Assembly: GCA_951406725.2 (NCBI GenBank)
Contig: OX597838.1
Span: 43,648,001 to 43,712,000 of the forward strand
Reading direction: 5' to 3'
Length of the DNA: 64,000 nt
DNA from: Octopus vulgaris
Taxonomy: Eukaryota
Below the pieces are notes generated by a model that had not been told where the DNA came from, did no database searches, and was given only the letters and a program-made list of their open reading frames with translations. A program made the position numbers and the translations under genes. Below, one piece after another: positions 40,761-55,716 of this stretch (position 1 is its first letter; every line of letters starts with the position of its first letter).

Positions 40761-43091
40761 AAAATCAGTGCTGGCTTTAGTTTTAATAAAATATCTGTAG
40801 AGATAACAGTAGCAAATCTTGTACAGAATGTTTAGGCAGACAATGGGCCCAGAATTTTCTGCCAACTCGGAGGTTCTGTTTTTGGCTGCAGGATTCGTCC
40901 GTGTCAGTGTAAGCCAATTTAGTATAACAATCTAGTCCGTCATAATTCATTTGAATGGCTTCAAATTTTGGTGCAAAGTCAGCAATTTCGTGGGGTGGGA
41001 ATACGTGGATTACATCGACCTCCAGTAATCAACTGGTACTTATTTTATCGACCCCGAAAGAATGAAAGCGAAAGTCAATCTCGGGAGAATTTGAACTTAG
41101 AACGTAAAAACGGACGAAATGCCTCTAAGAGTTTTGTTTGGGATGATAGTGATTCTGCCAGCTCGCAGCCTTCATTTGAATATACACGTTAATGATTTTC
41201 TGTTCATAGTCAGCCTCTTGTACCAGTATCTACCCATTAGACTCTTCCTGGTGCCTACCCATTATGCAGTTTGCCTACAGCTATGGCGAAAACTGTACGG
41301 CTGATTGTATATGTTACACTGTCGAGGCTGGAACTGTATTTTGTCGTAACTAAATTTAAGCACGATGTATTCTGGTTGAAATAATTCTTTTCATTCTAGA
41401 TCTCAGGGATGACTTGAGTGGTAGTGGTGGCGGGATGTAATCCCCATTTTTAACCTTATTAACGGCAATCCACATTGGCAAACCTTTTAAATCTCATGAC
41501 CAGCTTCACCTTGAAAACATTTACAGTGTTTCAAAAGCTAAAAAAATACGTTTCTTTTTAGAATAAAGACTTTTCGTATTTTGACATGTTATTCATCCCT
41601 TGCATTCAACGTAAAATAAATTCAATTTATTTTACGTATTATGATACCATAATATTTTTTCCATTTCCACCAAATTATTATTTTGATATAGAAGACAGCA
41701 TTTTATCAGCTTCTTACAGATTCAACGTTTTTCATTTCTTATCTCTCTTTTTTTTTTGTTTTCGTTTTTGCTTTATTCCTGATATTTTCTTCGAATGCTA
41801 TTCGTTGTTCTTCGTTTCGTCTGCTTTGCATTCATGATAAACACGTTATTCTGAATAGAAAGAACCAACTTGTCAATAAGCCTCCATACCGTATGCTACT
41901 GCTTTACAAACGACCGATAATAATATACATTGAATACTTGTTGATGCGAAAAAGAAAATTCATTAGAAAAGTGCGTCTATTCAAAATAAATAAATAAATA
42001 AATAAATAAATACTGTTTGGATTAAATTGGTTTACTTACCAAGGAGCACAAGGTGAGAAATGAATGGGGATGAAAAGATTAGGAGAACGTCTGTGACGTC
42101 TGTGATTTCAAAACAGCATCAGGAACGTAAGAGAGAACAATTGGTGGTGATTAGCAAAACGGAAACAAGTTGCTCAGCTTGCAAGAAAGTAGGGGCCAAA
42201 CCCCCTTCGAATCACACCAAAATCAGAAGGTAAATAGCCAGACCAAATAATAGAATTATTTCTTATTTTGGAACAAGGCTAGCCATTTTGACAGGACGGA
42301 AAAAAATCGATTACATATTGGCCCCAAATACGTGATTGGTATTTATTTTATCGATGCAGAAAAAATGAAAGGCAAGGTCCACCTCAAGGAAATTTGAACT
42401 CAGATAATCAGGACAGAAGATGTACCGCTAAGCATTTTGTCTGACATGCTAACGATTCGGCCATCTCGCCGCCTCAGGTAGTGGCTCTCATGGCTTCTGA
42501 TCTTAACTGATTGTAAGTGTTATTATGTACATGTTTTGTCTTGGTATAAAAGATGGGTTACAACAAATATTCTGCTCAATGCCACAGATATGCTTGTCAG
42601 CTGCTTGACCATAATCAGTTGAGCATGGCCCTTAGTGGCTGACGATATGTGCATCTCTGATCACGAGCAGGAGTAGTGGGGAATTATCATAGCCAAGTGT
42701 TGAGTTCTTTGGGGTTTGAATAATTCACCCCTGGAAACATAGTGTTTTGTTCATCAACCTTAACCCTCGTTCAGGCACTCTTTGAGAGAGATGGGTTGCT
42801 CAACCTGAAGAAAATTCTAATTGGGCCATGTGCTGTTTTCCTTGATATAACGTCATCTTGTCTCGCACTGGTTGTGATGCATGTGCCTGGCGTACTCTTA
42901 TCAGACGGGTTCTCATGATGGGTATATTGGGCTTAATACCCCAAATGATATGTGCTTTAGTAGAAAGGATTCTTCTTCTTCTTCTTCTTCTTCTTCTTCT
43001 TCTTCTTCTTCTTCTTCTTCTTCTTCTCCTTCTCCTCCTCCTCCTCCTCCTCCTCCTTCTTATTTTTCTTCTTCTTCTTCTTCTTCTTCTT

Positions 43092-43122
<31 letters not shown>

Positions 43123-43358
43123 TTATTATTATTATTCTATGTTTGACTTTTGCTTTATATTTGTACAAGTTGGCTCCAAGTCTCACCCAGAGACCTCAAG
43201 AGACAACAGGTTGGAAGTTCATGTTGTTGTTATGCCTAGTGTGCCATATATTTGGGGGTGGGGATGTTGTACTAATGAATGTCTAAAAAAAAAAAAAAGG
43301 TTTTTTTTTTTTTTTTTTTTAAACCGAAAATTATGTTTGTTTTAAACCTTATTAAACC

Positions 43359-43416
<58 letters not shown>

Positions 43417-43817
43417 GGCGGTGAGTTAGCAGAATTGTTAGCATGCCAGACGAAATGCTTAGCGCTATTTCGTCTGTCTTTACGTTCTGAGTTCTAATTC
43501 CGCCGAGGTCGACTTTGCCTTTCATCTTTTCGGGGTCGATAAATTAAGTACCAGTTGCGCACTGGGGTCGATATAATCGACTTAATCCGTTTGTCTGTCC
43601 TTGTTTGTTCTCTCTGTGCTTAGCCCCTTTTGGGTAGTAAAGAAATAGGTATTTCGTCCGTCGCAATGTTCTGAGTTCAAATTCCGCCGTGTTCAACTTT
43701 GCCTTTCATCCTTTCGGGGTCGAAAAATTAAGTACCACTTACGTACTGGGGTCGATCTAATCAACTAGCCTCCTCTCCCAAAATTTCAGGCCTTGTGCCT
43801 ATAGTAGAAAGGATTTT
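43417..43817 (+). mobile_element. SINE family B dimer
   Basis: Full head plus a second head-truncated unit joined at AAAGAAATA-GGTATTTCGTC. Confidence 0.88.
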
Positions 43818-43836
43818 TATTATTATCATCATCATT

Positions 43837-43904
<68 letters not shown>

Positions 43905-44099
43905 TGTTGTTGTTAATATTATTATTATTATTATTAATATTATTATCATCATTATTATCATTTTTTTTCCTTCTTTCTTCAAATTTTCCTCCGTTTCTCG
44001 CCGAGTGTTTTCCGTACACCTAGGGCAGAGAAGCTCATTGTATGCATTCCCAGATTACACTCGCAAATTCACAGGTAAAATATGTATTTAAAAAATTAA

Positions 44100-44980
<881 letters not shown>

Positions 44981-44987
44981 ATTATTC

Positions 44988-45037
<50 letters not shown>

Positions 45038-45430
45038 GCTGGCAGAATGGATAACGCGCCGGACGAAATGCTTAGCGATGTTTCGCCTGCCGTTACGTTC
45101 TGAGTTCAAATTCCGCCGAGGTCGACTTTGCCTTTCATCCTTTCAGGGTCGATTAAATAAGTACCAGTTTCGCACTGGGGTCGATGTAATCGACTTAATC
45201 CGTTTGTCTGTCCTTGTTTGTCCCCTCTATGTTTAGCCCCTTGTGGGTAGTAAAGAAATAGAAATAGGTATTTCGTACGTCGCTACGTTCTGAGTTCAAA
45301 TTCCGCCGAGTTCGACTTTACCTTTCATTCTTTCAGGGTCGATAAATGAAGTATCAATGAAACACTGAGATCGATGTAATCGATTAGTCCCCTCCCTCAA
45401 ATTTCAGGCCTTGTGTCTATAGTAGAAAGG

Positions 45431-45435
<5 letters not shown>
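45038..45435 (+). mobile_element. SINE family B dimer
   Basis: Same structure as 43417-43817. Confidence 0.88.
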
Positions 45436-45512
<77 letters not shown>

Positions 45513-45517
<5 letters not shown>

Positions 45518-47869
45518 TAGTTTTATTTTTATAGCGTGCTTTCACTTCACTACCGAGCGCAGCTCTGTGTGCCTTAGGTATGTGCTGTGATTTGTTGTGA
45601 TGCTCTGATGGTTATTGTATGGAAAGTGTTATGCGTAGGATGTGTGCAGTGCCTAGTAGTGCAATTTTCTGTATGTTATATGTGTTTGTAAGTCCTGGTG
45701 TTTTTGTTATGTATTTGTCTGAATATTTTTTTTATCATGCCTAATGCACCTACTATGATAGGAATTGTTTCTGTTTTTAGATTCCACATTCTGGTTACCT
45801 CTATTTCCAGGTTTTTGTATTTTGAAAGTTTCTCCATTTCTTTTAGAGACACGTTGTCATCTGCCGGTATTAATACATCAATTAGAAAGAATTTTTTTTC
45901 TTCATGATCTCTGACAACTATATCTGGTCTGTTGGCCTTAATTTCTCTATCTGTGTGTATCGGCATATCTCAGAGTATGGTTGCTTTCTCGTTTTCTGTG
46001 ACCTTTTCTGGTGTGTGCCTATACCATCTTTTTTCTGTTGTTATTCCATAATGTTGGCATAGCTTCCAATGTATGTAGGTTCCAACTCTGTCATATCTGT
46101 GAATATATTCCTTCTTAGCCAGGACTGGGAAGCCAGAGATAATATGATTTATTGTTTCTTGTCCATCTCCACATATTCTGCAGTTACTTGTTATATTTCT
46201 TTTCATTAAATGTTTTTGGTAATTTCTGGTGGGGAGGCTTTGGTCTTGTGCTGCAATTAAAAATCCCTCTGTCTCTGCTTTGAGTCCTGAGCTTCTCCAC
46301 AATTGCTGGGGTTTTTCTTTGTCTACTTCTTTTGCATTTAGTTTAGTCCAGTATTTACCATGAAGGGGCTTTTCTTGCCATCGTTTTATCATGGTTCGTT
46401 GCTGTTCTATTTTTCGTTTGGATTTCATTTGTTTTATAGCTATTGTAGCTGTAACTTATAACTGGGACAGCTAAAGTGTTAATACCTATTATCTTGTTTT
46501 TAGCATTGAGCTCTGTTTTTAGTATTGATCTAACTCGTCTATAATATACTTTTTTAATTTTCTCTTTCATTTGTGTGTGTTGTGTCTTATCTAGTTCATG
46601 GATTCCCAAGTATTTGTAAGTTTGGCTTTGGTCTAATTCTTTTATTTCATTGGTTTTATCTAGTGTGATGTTGCTACTCTTAACTAGTTTTCCTCTTTTC
46701 ATGGTTACTTTGGCGCATTTTCTAATCCAAATTTCATATCTATTTCTTTGGTAAATCCATGAACTGTCTTTAATAGTGTTTCCAGCTGTTTGTCATTTGC
46801 AGCGTATAGTTTTAGGTCATCCATATATAAAAGGTGGCTGATCGTTTTGCCGTAACATTTATATCCGCATCCAGTTCTATTTAGCATATCAGATAGTGGT
46901 GACAGTGCCAAGCAGAAAGGGAGTGGGGAGAGCGTGTCTCCCTGGAATATTCCTCTTCTAATGGGGATGGTTTTGGTTTTCATGAGTCCCTCTTTTGTTT
47001 GGAGCTGTAGCACTGTTTGCCATTTATTCATAGAGTGCCCTATGAATTTTATAATTGTTGGTGCTACTTTGTTAATGGCTAGTGTTTCGAGGATCCATGT
47101 GTGGGGGATGCTATCAAACGCCTTTTTGTAGTCGATCCAGGCCATACTGAGGCCTTTCTTCTTTCTGTGGCTGTCTTCAGTTATGGCTTTATTAATCATT
47201 AGTTGATCTTTACAGCCATATGAGCCTTTGCGACATCCTTTCTCCTCTTCTGGAAACAGGTTGTTTTCGTCCAGGTGCTTGTTCAACCTTTGCGATGTCA
47301 CTGCAGTAAATGCCTTGAACATTGTAGGGAGACAGGTTATTGGTCTGTAGTTTTCTGGTTTTGCTGTTTCATTTGATTTGGGAATTAAGATGGTTTTCCC
47401 CTTCGTGAGCCATTCAGGCATTGTCTCTGGCTCTGCTAGTATGTTGTTAAAGTTTTCAGCCAGCTTTTTGTGCATCCCTGTTAGATATTTCAACCAGAAG
47501 TTGGGGATCTTATCATGCTCAGGTGCCTTCCAGTTGCTTAGTCTTTGCAGTACCTGGGTGACCTCTTCAGTTGTTGCTCAGATGCTGAGTTTGTTGTTTT
47601 GATACTCCTTTTTTTTGGTTGTTCGTTCGCCGACCATATTTCTCTCCAGAATTCTTCCACTTCTTCTGCCGTTGGTGCTGCAGTGATTTCTATTTTATTT
47701 TTGCCAAGTTCTTGGTAGAACTTTTGGGGTTGGAGTTGAACTGTTTGTTTTGTTCAAAGAAGTGCTGGCGTTTCTCGTACCGGCGGATCCTTTGTGCTTT
47801 GGCAAGGATATCTTGCTTCAGCTTTTCTTTTATCTCAGGTAAATCTTTTTCTGTGATGTTATATTTGCA

Positions 47870-47870
<1 letters not shown>
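45513..47870 (-). mobile_element. R4/Dong-clade RLE non-LTR retrotransposon, 5'-truncated and frameshifted
   Basis: RT (46705-47493: NYRPITCL, IDYKKAFDS, GIFQGDTLSP, LYMDDLKL), CCHC knuckle CRICGDGQETINHI (45970-46428), RLE NRPDIVV...D...EKLSKY (45676-45966); both ends abut (TAA)n. Confidence 0.95.
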
Positions 47871-47955
<85 letters not shown>

Positions 47956-47999
47956 TTATTATTATTATTATTATTCTTATCATCATTTTTTAAATTATT

Positions 48000-49450
48000 A
48001 TACCCCCATGGCAGTTAATTTCGCTAAGGCATATATTACGAAATTCGAAGATACAGTTACTTCAGTATCCCTACATGGTCATGAACCAATACTCTGGTTA
48101 CAGTTCATTGATGTTGTCTTTTTGTCTGGGAAGAATCACAGGATAGTTTAATTGACCTCTTGCATTTTGTGACTGTTATGCTAAAAACTATAGCTTTAAG
48201 CCCAACATAAAATTTACGTTTAGTTTTCCAAAATCTAGTGTTAGATTTTTGGACACAAAAATTAAGTTTTCTGGAGGAAGAATAATGACAGAGTCATTTT
48301 TCAAGTCCACATCATCCCTCGTCATCCCACCGCTGCTCCAATCATCAGCATAATTTAATTCGGTCGAATTCCAAATCCGAATGTTTGAGGATAAAACAGA
48401 TTTGCACTGACATAGGGGATTACTGGAAACATGCAAATGCTTTTGTACACCATTATGTGAAATGTGATTACAGTGAAGGAAATAGCAAATGCGATAGCTA
48501 AGATTAGCAAAGTCAAACCTTCACGCATAATTTTTGCAAACACAGTACAATATGTGACAGAGTTCCTTCAGTGTTTAACAGGCACCGAAATTTCGCTGGC
48601 ATTTCAAAAGTGTTGCAGAAAAATATCCTCGTTTCAAACAAATATTTCCGGAGCCGCCTATTGTAGCCTTTAGACGGAATATATAAGAAAACTGTTATCC
48701 TCTGCTTCTGTACCTTGGAGTATCTGAACGCTGTACCTTGAAAAAACAGTCGCAAGAGAGTTAAACCATGTTGATTGTGCAGCAACATGAGTCACGTTGT
48801 TTTGATTCCATCAGGAATCATAACAGAAATGTTATGATTTATACAGAAGGTGGGACGTGTAGAGATTCCTATTTGTCGTACGCAGCAGAATGCATCAAAT
48901 ACAACTTGATTCATCTTGGTTGTAAAACAGAACAATTAAACAAAAGATTCAATGGGCGCAAATATGACGTCAGGCACAATAATAGTATTTCGACAGAACT
49001 TGCCGAACATTTTGCCTCAAACGGCTGAAATTTTGAAAAAAACTTGAAAGTGCGTATTCTCAGAAAATATTCTGAATCTGCTACACTTTCAGTGCTCAAA
49101 ATGCATGAGGAGAAATATGCTTGTAGGTTATTAACATCACACCCTCGAGGAATGAATAAAATGGCAGGAGAATTTCATAAAATTTACGCAAAAACTGTTT
49201 GATTAAACATTCTTCTATTCCCCATTCTTTTTCTTCTATTTTTTCGTTCTTTTATTTTTTGCTTGTTGTAAAATTGAACTTTGAAGACTGATGATATCAT
49301 TCCATCAACGTATGGATGCTGGTTGCTCTCGTTCACATTTTGGATTTGAATTTCTATAATTTTGAATTTGTATCACTTTTCATTTTGAACTCGACAAAGA
49401 CAGGCTTGCTGTCAAAATATCTATTGCAATCGCATCACGATCTTCGTATT
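48000..49450 (+). pseudogene. Decayed Penelope-like element (RT C-terminal half, GIY-YIG, 3' region)
   Basis: TPMAVNFA..Y.TKFE, PILWLQFIDVVF, IKFTF...VRFLDT, QIFPEPPIVAFRR, TCRDSYLSYAAEC...LNKRFNG...ELAEHF; CTGATGA downstream at 49288. Confidence 0.82.
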
Positions 49451-49480
49451 GTCTATTATTATTATTATTATTATTACAAT

Positions 49481-49554
<74 letters not shown>

Positions 49555-50283
49555 TTATTATTATTATTATTATTATTATTGCTGTGTATGATACATACTA
49601 TCTCACACAGAGCAAGAGTTTTACAACTTTCACGCCCAGAGTCTACTTCCACCATATACAACCAAACATTGATCCACTTTGAAAATAAACATAAAGTCTC
49701 TGCTGACAGTTCACACTGTTCTGGAAGCTTCCAGAACATTGTGAACTGTTTGCTCCAGTGCGGCCTGCAGCTGCAAATCTCAGTCCAGAGAGTGTTCAAG
49801 TAACAAGTTTTTGATATTTAACAACTGGAAGAGTACGTCTACCAAAATGAATAACTAACACAAGATTAAGACAGTGTTATTTTTCTTGGGGTCATAAGTA
49901 GAGGTTAATGACTCTCTTATATTTTTATCCCGTCTAAAGGCTACAATTGGCGGCTGAAAAAATATATGTTTGAAACGAGGATATTTTTCCACAACATGCT
50001 GGTAGCTTATTATCAATATCATTTAAAAAAAATTATTATTACATTTTGGTAGTTGTAGTGTGTTACCACAACTACCAACATGTATTCCAATAGAAATGAG
50101 AGCAACGGAGATTTAAAAAAAACGATGTACGTTTTGATAAGTTACCTAACGAGTCATATCCACACCTTCGATGCACAACTGCATGATGGGTCGAAACGAT
50201 CGTAGTGAATAATATGAATCTCATGAATTCCATTTTCTTTCTCTCTCATGTGTGTGTGTGTGTGTGTGTGTACATATATATAA

Positions 50284-50314
<31 letters not shown>

Positions 50315-51064
50315 ATCTTTGTGTTCCTCCGCTACCTCTTGGCAACCGGTCTCAATTTATTTATGTCCGCGTAACTTAATGGTTCGGCAAAAGAGACCGA
50401 TAGAATAACTACTTGGTTTAAAATGAAAATAAATCCTGGGGTTAATTTTGCTGTCTCCGATTAAGCTCTTTAATGTGAGAGCCCTGGCATGGCTGCAGTC
50501 CAATGACTGAAACAAGTAACAGATAAAGGAGAAGAGAAAAACAAATAAATAAGTAAATAAATAATTTATCGAAATGTTTCCCGGTGAATTTTAGTTGTGC
50601 ATCTGGCAAAATTCGGAGAGATTTTGGGTGGAGGCCAGATCGCATGAGGCAAGAGGTTTAAACATAGAGGAGCGTCTTAGCGAATAGCGTTCTTTCTATC
50701 AAGAAAGAGAAGAAAAAGAAAAACTGCCGTCGTCTTTCTCATCCTCTCTTCTCAGTTCCTTTCTCTTGATCTCTTACCCTCATTCACAATTTCTAAATCT
50801 GCTAGACACACACACACACACACACACGCACACACACACACCACCACCATCACAACCACCACCACCACCACCAACACCGACACCATCACAACCACCACCA
50901 CCACCACCACCACCACCACCACCACTATCACCACCACCACCATTTACATGTTCTGCCACACAACGCTTTTACCTCCTCCACGCTTCCATTCTGTCTGCTG
51001 ATAAATCTGTCCAACATCATTTTTCCTTCTCTGCCTCCATCGCTCTTCCCCCTCTCTCTCTCCC

Positions 51065-51100
<36 letters not shown>

Positions 51101-51497
51101 CCTCTCTCTCTCTCTCTCTGTTCCTTCCTATTTGTTCTTCATCCTCTCTTATTTCTATCCTGCATCTCTCTCTTTTGCCTTCATAATTTCCGCCCGAATC
51201 TCGTTCGGTTTGACAATATATTTTACAACTCCTCTACCCCCCTCTCTCTTTCTCTCTCGCTCTCCCCTTCTTTCTCCCTCAACTACATAATTAGTCCTGT
51301 CTACTAAAGGCAGAAGGCCTGAAAATTGAGGGAGGGGGAGGTTGATTGCATCCACCGCAGTATGTAACTGGTACTTATTCCATCGACCCTGAAAAGCAAA
51401 GTCAATTTTGGGGAAATTTGAAACCAGAATGTGAAGACGGACGAAATGCTGCTATGCATTTCATCCAGTGTGCTAACGATTCTGCCTGCTTACTGCC

Positions 51498-51561
<64 letters not shown>

Positions 51562-51589
51562 TGATGATGACGATGATGATGATGATGAT

Positions 51590-51932
51590 TTCATTTACCA
51601 CAAGGGCGAAGGATGAGGGGACAATGCAGAGACAGAATAAAGTGTGGGAGTTTTTTTTTTACATATAATAATGTATACAATAAAAAAGAAGGGATATATG
51701 CGTAGCCTACAAAGATAAAAAAAGAAAAAAGGGGGGAGGATGATAGAGATGTAACCCCCCCCCTTGATACGGGAACGTCTCTAGGGATAATCAAGGAACC
51801 CCACTGAAAGAGATTTTCTTGAAACCCCAGGAGCAAGTGTTCTCTCCAATTCCTTCTCTCCGATTCACAGGTCTACACTTAGAGAGGTTCCATCCACTCT
51901 TGCCATTTTCGTAAGTTTCACTCACCTTTCAA
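51590..51932 (-). mobile_element. Probable LINE 3' end fragment (clade uncertain)
   Basis: Short reading-frame end (...KLTKMARVDGTSLSVDL*) followed by a pyrimidine-rich UTR ending at a simple repeat. Confidence 0.35.
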
Positions 51933-52411
51933 TAATAATAATAATAATAATGATAATAATAAAAATAATAATCCTTTCTACTATAAGCACAAAACCTGAC
52001 ATTTTGGGTGAGGGTCCTAGTCGACTACATCGACCCTAGTGTTTTTCACTGGTACTTAATTTATCGACCCCCAAAAGATGAAAGGCAAAGTCGACCTTGT
52101 CGGAATTTGAACTCGGAATGTGAAATCAGATGAAATGCCGCTAAGCATTTTGCCCGGTGCGCTAACAATTCTGCCAGCTCACCGCCTTCCCCAACCACAT
52201 AATGAATCTCTGGTGTTCTCTCTTTGTCCTTTGTCTTTCCTGCCTACACATTCCGTCTATGATTCTCAGTGTTAGTCAAAACAATTTTTTCCTTTTTCAC
52301 ACACACCTATATATACACACAAGTGCAATCTCCTTCTCTCACATACTGATACACAATCACATACAAACATACATACACGCATACACACATACATATACGC
52401 ACACGCATTCA

Positions 52412-52445
<34 letters not shown>

Positions 52446-54000
52446 AGGTATATATATGTATGTATATATATATATATATGTATGTATATATATGTATATA
52501 TATACGTGTGTATGTGTATCTCTCTCTTATATTAAGGGAGCAAGGCGAAACGGCTGTCTTCAACATGCTTGAAACTAATGCCGAGGTACTAAAAAACTAC
52601 CGAAAAACTCCAAAAAAAACCAGAGGTTGTAGTTGGGCAAGTAAATAAATACTAACAAGGACTTCAGGTTAATAGTGAATTGGGTCCAATTTCTGAATTA
52701 AAGCCATAAAAAGGCATTTTTCCTTCGTCAGCACGAGAAATATATGTACAAATAATTATACATACCAGTACAAAGCGGATTCGCGCGGCTATATACAAGT
52801 ATGTGTACGTATAGATCAAAGATAAGTCAGATTTATACTTTTCCACGACAAACGCGTACATATGAAAATAGCTCCGGAGGAAATGTTGTTTTGATCAGGA
52901 GTAAAGATATTATCTTGTTTAATTTAATTTATTTATTCATAACAAAAAGAACGATAAAATCACGTTAATGATTATTATCAGCACGAAAGAGAAATTTATA
53001 GGTAATTTATATATTAAATTAAAAATGTGATGAGTATATAGGAATAAATTACCGGGGCAGGCACCATACGAGAATTCAGGTGTACTCCAAGCTCTGGTTG
53101 ACTGCATCGAGTAATAAGGAGCACCTAGGATTACTTAAGGTGAACAATCTCACTGTAATTCATCCGATGGATAAATCCTGGGCTATCTTCACTGGATTAT
53201 GAATATTTTCGGGTTATATATATTATACATATTCGTGTAATGTGAAAAGCAAGTCATGTTTAACATGTTCCTGTGTATTCATACGCGAGAACACCTTATG
53301 TTGCAGACCTAGTCATGAGAGAAATTTCTTCTTCAAAACAGGTGTGAAGACACATCTTCGACTGCGAATTACGTCATCGGGCCAAAGACGCATGCTTTTC
53401 TGCGATTTCTTACTTGTCATCCATGAAATCTGTTGGCCACAGTCTCATAAGAATCAAGGTTCTAGATTTCGTACATTGTAACCCGCCCCACAAACAGGCA
53501 AAACACGCACACACTCACACCTACACATACAGACACATACACACGCACTCATTTGACGAAACTGACAAGAAAACAAATATGCAAATTAGGCTATCCTCTA
53601 TTTTGCAGGTCTAATACATGACTGCTTTGAAAGCAGCTGAACTTTGCTAATAACTCGGAAAGGAGGGCGGGTACCATTTCTCTGAGAAAGGATCAAGAAC
53701 CCGTGGAACGGTCCGTCAAGAGACCTCTTTATTCTCCTATCTACACATCAATAATATTCAAAGAATGTGTTTACATTCTTATTCTTATTTATCCCCGAGT
53801 GCGGCCTTATAATATTGTTTTCAAATTTTAGCACTAGGCCAGTAATCTCGGGAATAAGTTGATTACATCCCCTCCCCGTGTCAACAGGTACTTATTTTAT
53901 CGATCTCGAAAAGATGAACGGCAATGTCATCCTCGGCGGAATTTGGACTAAGTGAGGTTTTTATAATATTGAAATATATTTCAATTATTCTAATTTACGC

Positions 54001-54424
54001 TGTGTTTACGTCCCCGTCACTTAGCGGTTAGGCAAAAGATATCGATAGAATAAGTACTAGGCTTACAAAGAATAAGTCCTGGAGTCGATTTGCTCGACTA
54101 AAGGCGTGCTCCAGCATGGCCACAGTCAAATGACTGAAACAAATAAAAAAGCATGCACTCGACAGCGTACATCGGAACTAACAAATTCGCATATTTGTAC
54201 TAATTAAGGACGATCTGTTAAAAGTACAAATATGCGAATTTGTTAGTTCCGATGTACGCTGTCGAGTGCATGCTTTTTTATTTGTTTCAGTCATTTGACT
54301 GTGGCCATGCTGGAGCACGCCTTTAGTCGAGCAAATCGACCCCCATGACTTATTCTTTGTAAGCCTAGTACTTATTCTATCGGTATCTTTTGCCTAACCG
54401 CTAAGTGACGGGGACGTAAACACA
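54001..54424. repeat. Near-perfect ~200-bp inverted duplication (SINE A tail plus flank), 21-bp spacer
   Basis: Arms 54001-54201 and 54223-54424. Confidence 0.95.
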
Positions 54425-54482
54425 CCAGCATCGGTTGTCAAGCGATGTAGGGTGGGGGGGACAAACACAGACACACAAACAT

Positions 54483-54547
<65 letters not shown>

Positions 54548-54700
54548 CATACATATATACGACGGGCTTCTTTCAGTTTTCGTCTACCAAATCCACTCAC
54601 AAGGCTTTGGTCGACCCGAGGCTATAGTAGAAGACACTTGCCCAAGGTGCCACGCAGTGGGACTGAATCCCGAACCATGTGGTTTGTGAGCAAGCCACTT
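54274..54700 (-). mobile_element. SINE family A
   Basis: Diagnostic motifs. Confidence 0.88.
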
Positions 54701-54984
54701 ATTCATCAGTTCTTCCGCCCTTTGACTGGGCTTATGTTCTCCGTCCCGCAGGGTGTCCAACTATCACCCTTTTCACCAAGCTGGTGATCCGACCATGCGA
54801 CAGGTTGCACTGGGTTACATGTTACCAGTAACGCTCATATATATATGGAGACAAAGAAGGAAACCGAACGAAAAGAAACATGGAGGGTCATTAGACCATA
54901 TATATATATCGCCATGTTGATTCGTTAGCTACTGCACGCATTTTTTTTCTCTCCTTCTTTCTGTGTTTTTCTCTCTCTGTGTAT

Positions 54985-55020
54985 CTTTCTGTTGAAGAGC
55001 GTAGGCTCGAAACGTTAAAG
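54985..55020 (+). ncRNA. Minimal hammerhead-like motif (variant core)
   Basis: CUUU-CUGUUGAA-GAGC-GUAG-GCUC-GAAAC-GUU-AAAG; A6U and one extra A relative to consensus. Confidence 0.5.
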
Positions 55021-55118
55021 ACTTGTTTTATTTATATTTCCTGAGCGCCATACTAATACAATTGTTCGTTTGTTTTCCACCTGCCTTCGTCTTTTGTTTA
55101 TTTTCATAAAGCTTCCCG

Positions 55119-55312
<194 letters not shown>

Positions 55313-55673
55313 ATATATATATGCGTACACACACATATATTTGAATTTACTCCCAAATTTCTCTCCTTTGGTTGGTCGGGAGTATCGTAGAAGACACTAG
55401 TGTTCTCTCTTTCTCTCCCTCTCTCCCTCTAACACACACAAACACATACACAACATCTTTCACTCACCACCACACACCCTTTCAATGCAATTACATGCAA
55501 ATACACACGCACACACTCACTCACTTACTCACTCACTCACACACACACACACACACACACTTTTGCTGCTCATTTCTTTCTTCTTATTTCTCACTCCCTT
55601 TCACGCACAAATACGTCTCGTAACCAGCCTCTCTTACACGACCGCTCTTTCTATTACTCTACCTCTCCTTCCA

Positions 55674-55716
<43 letters not shown>

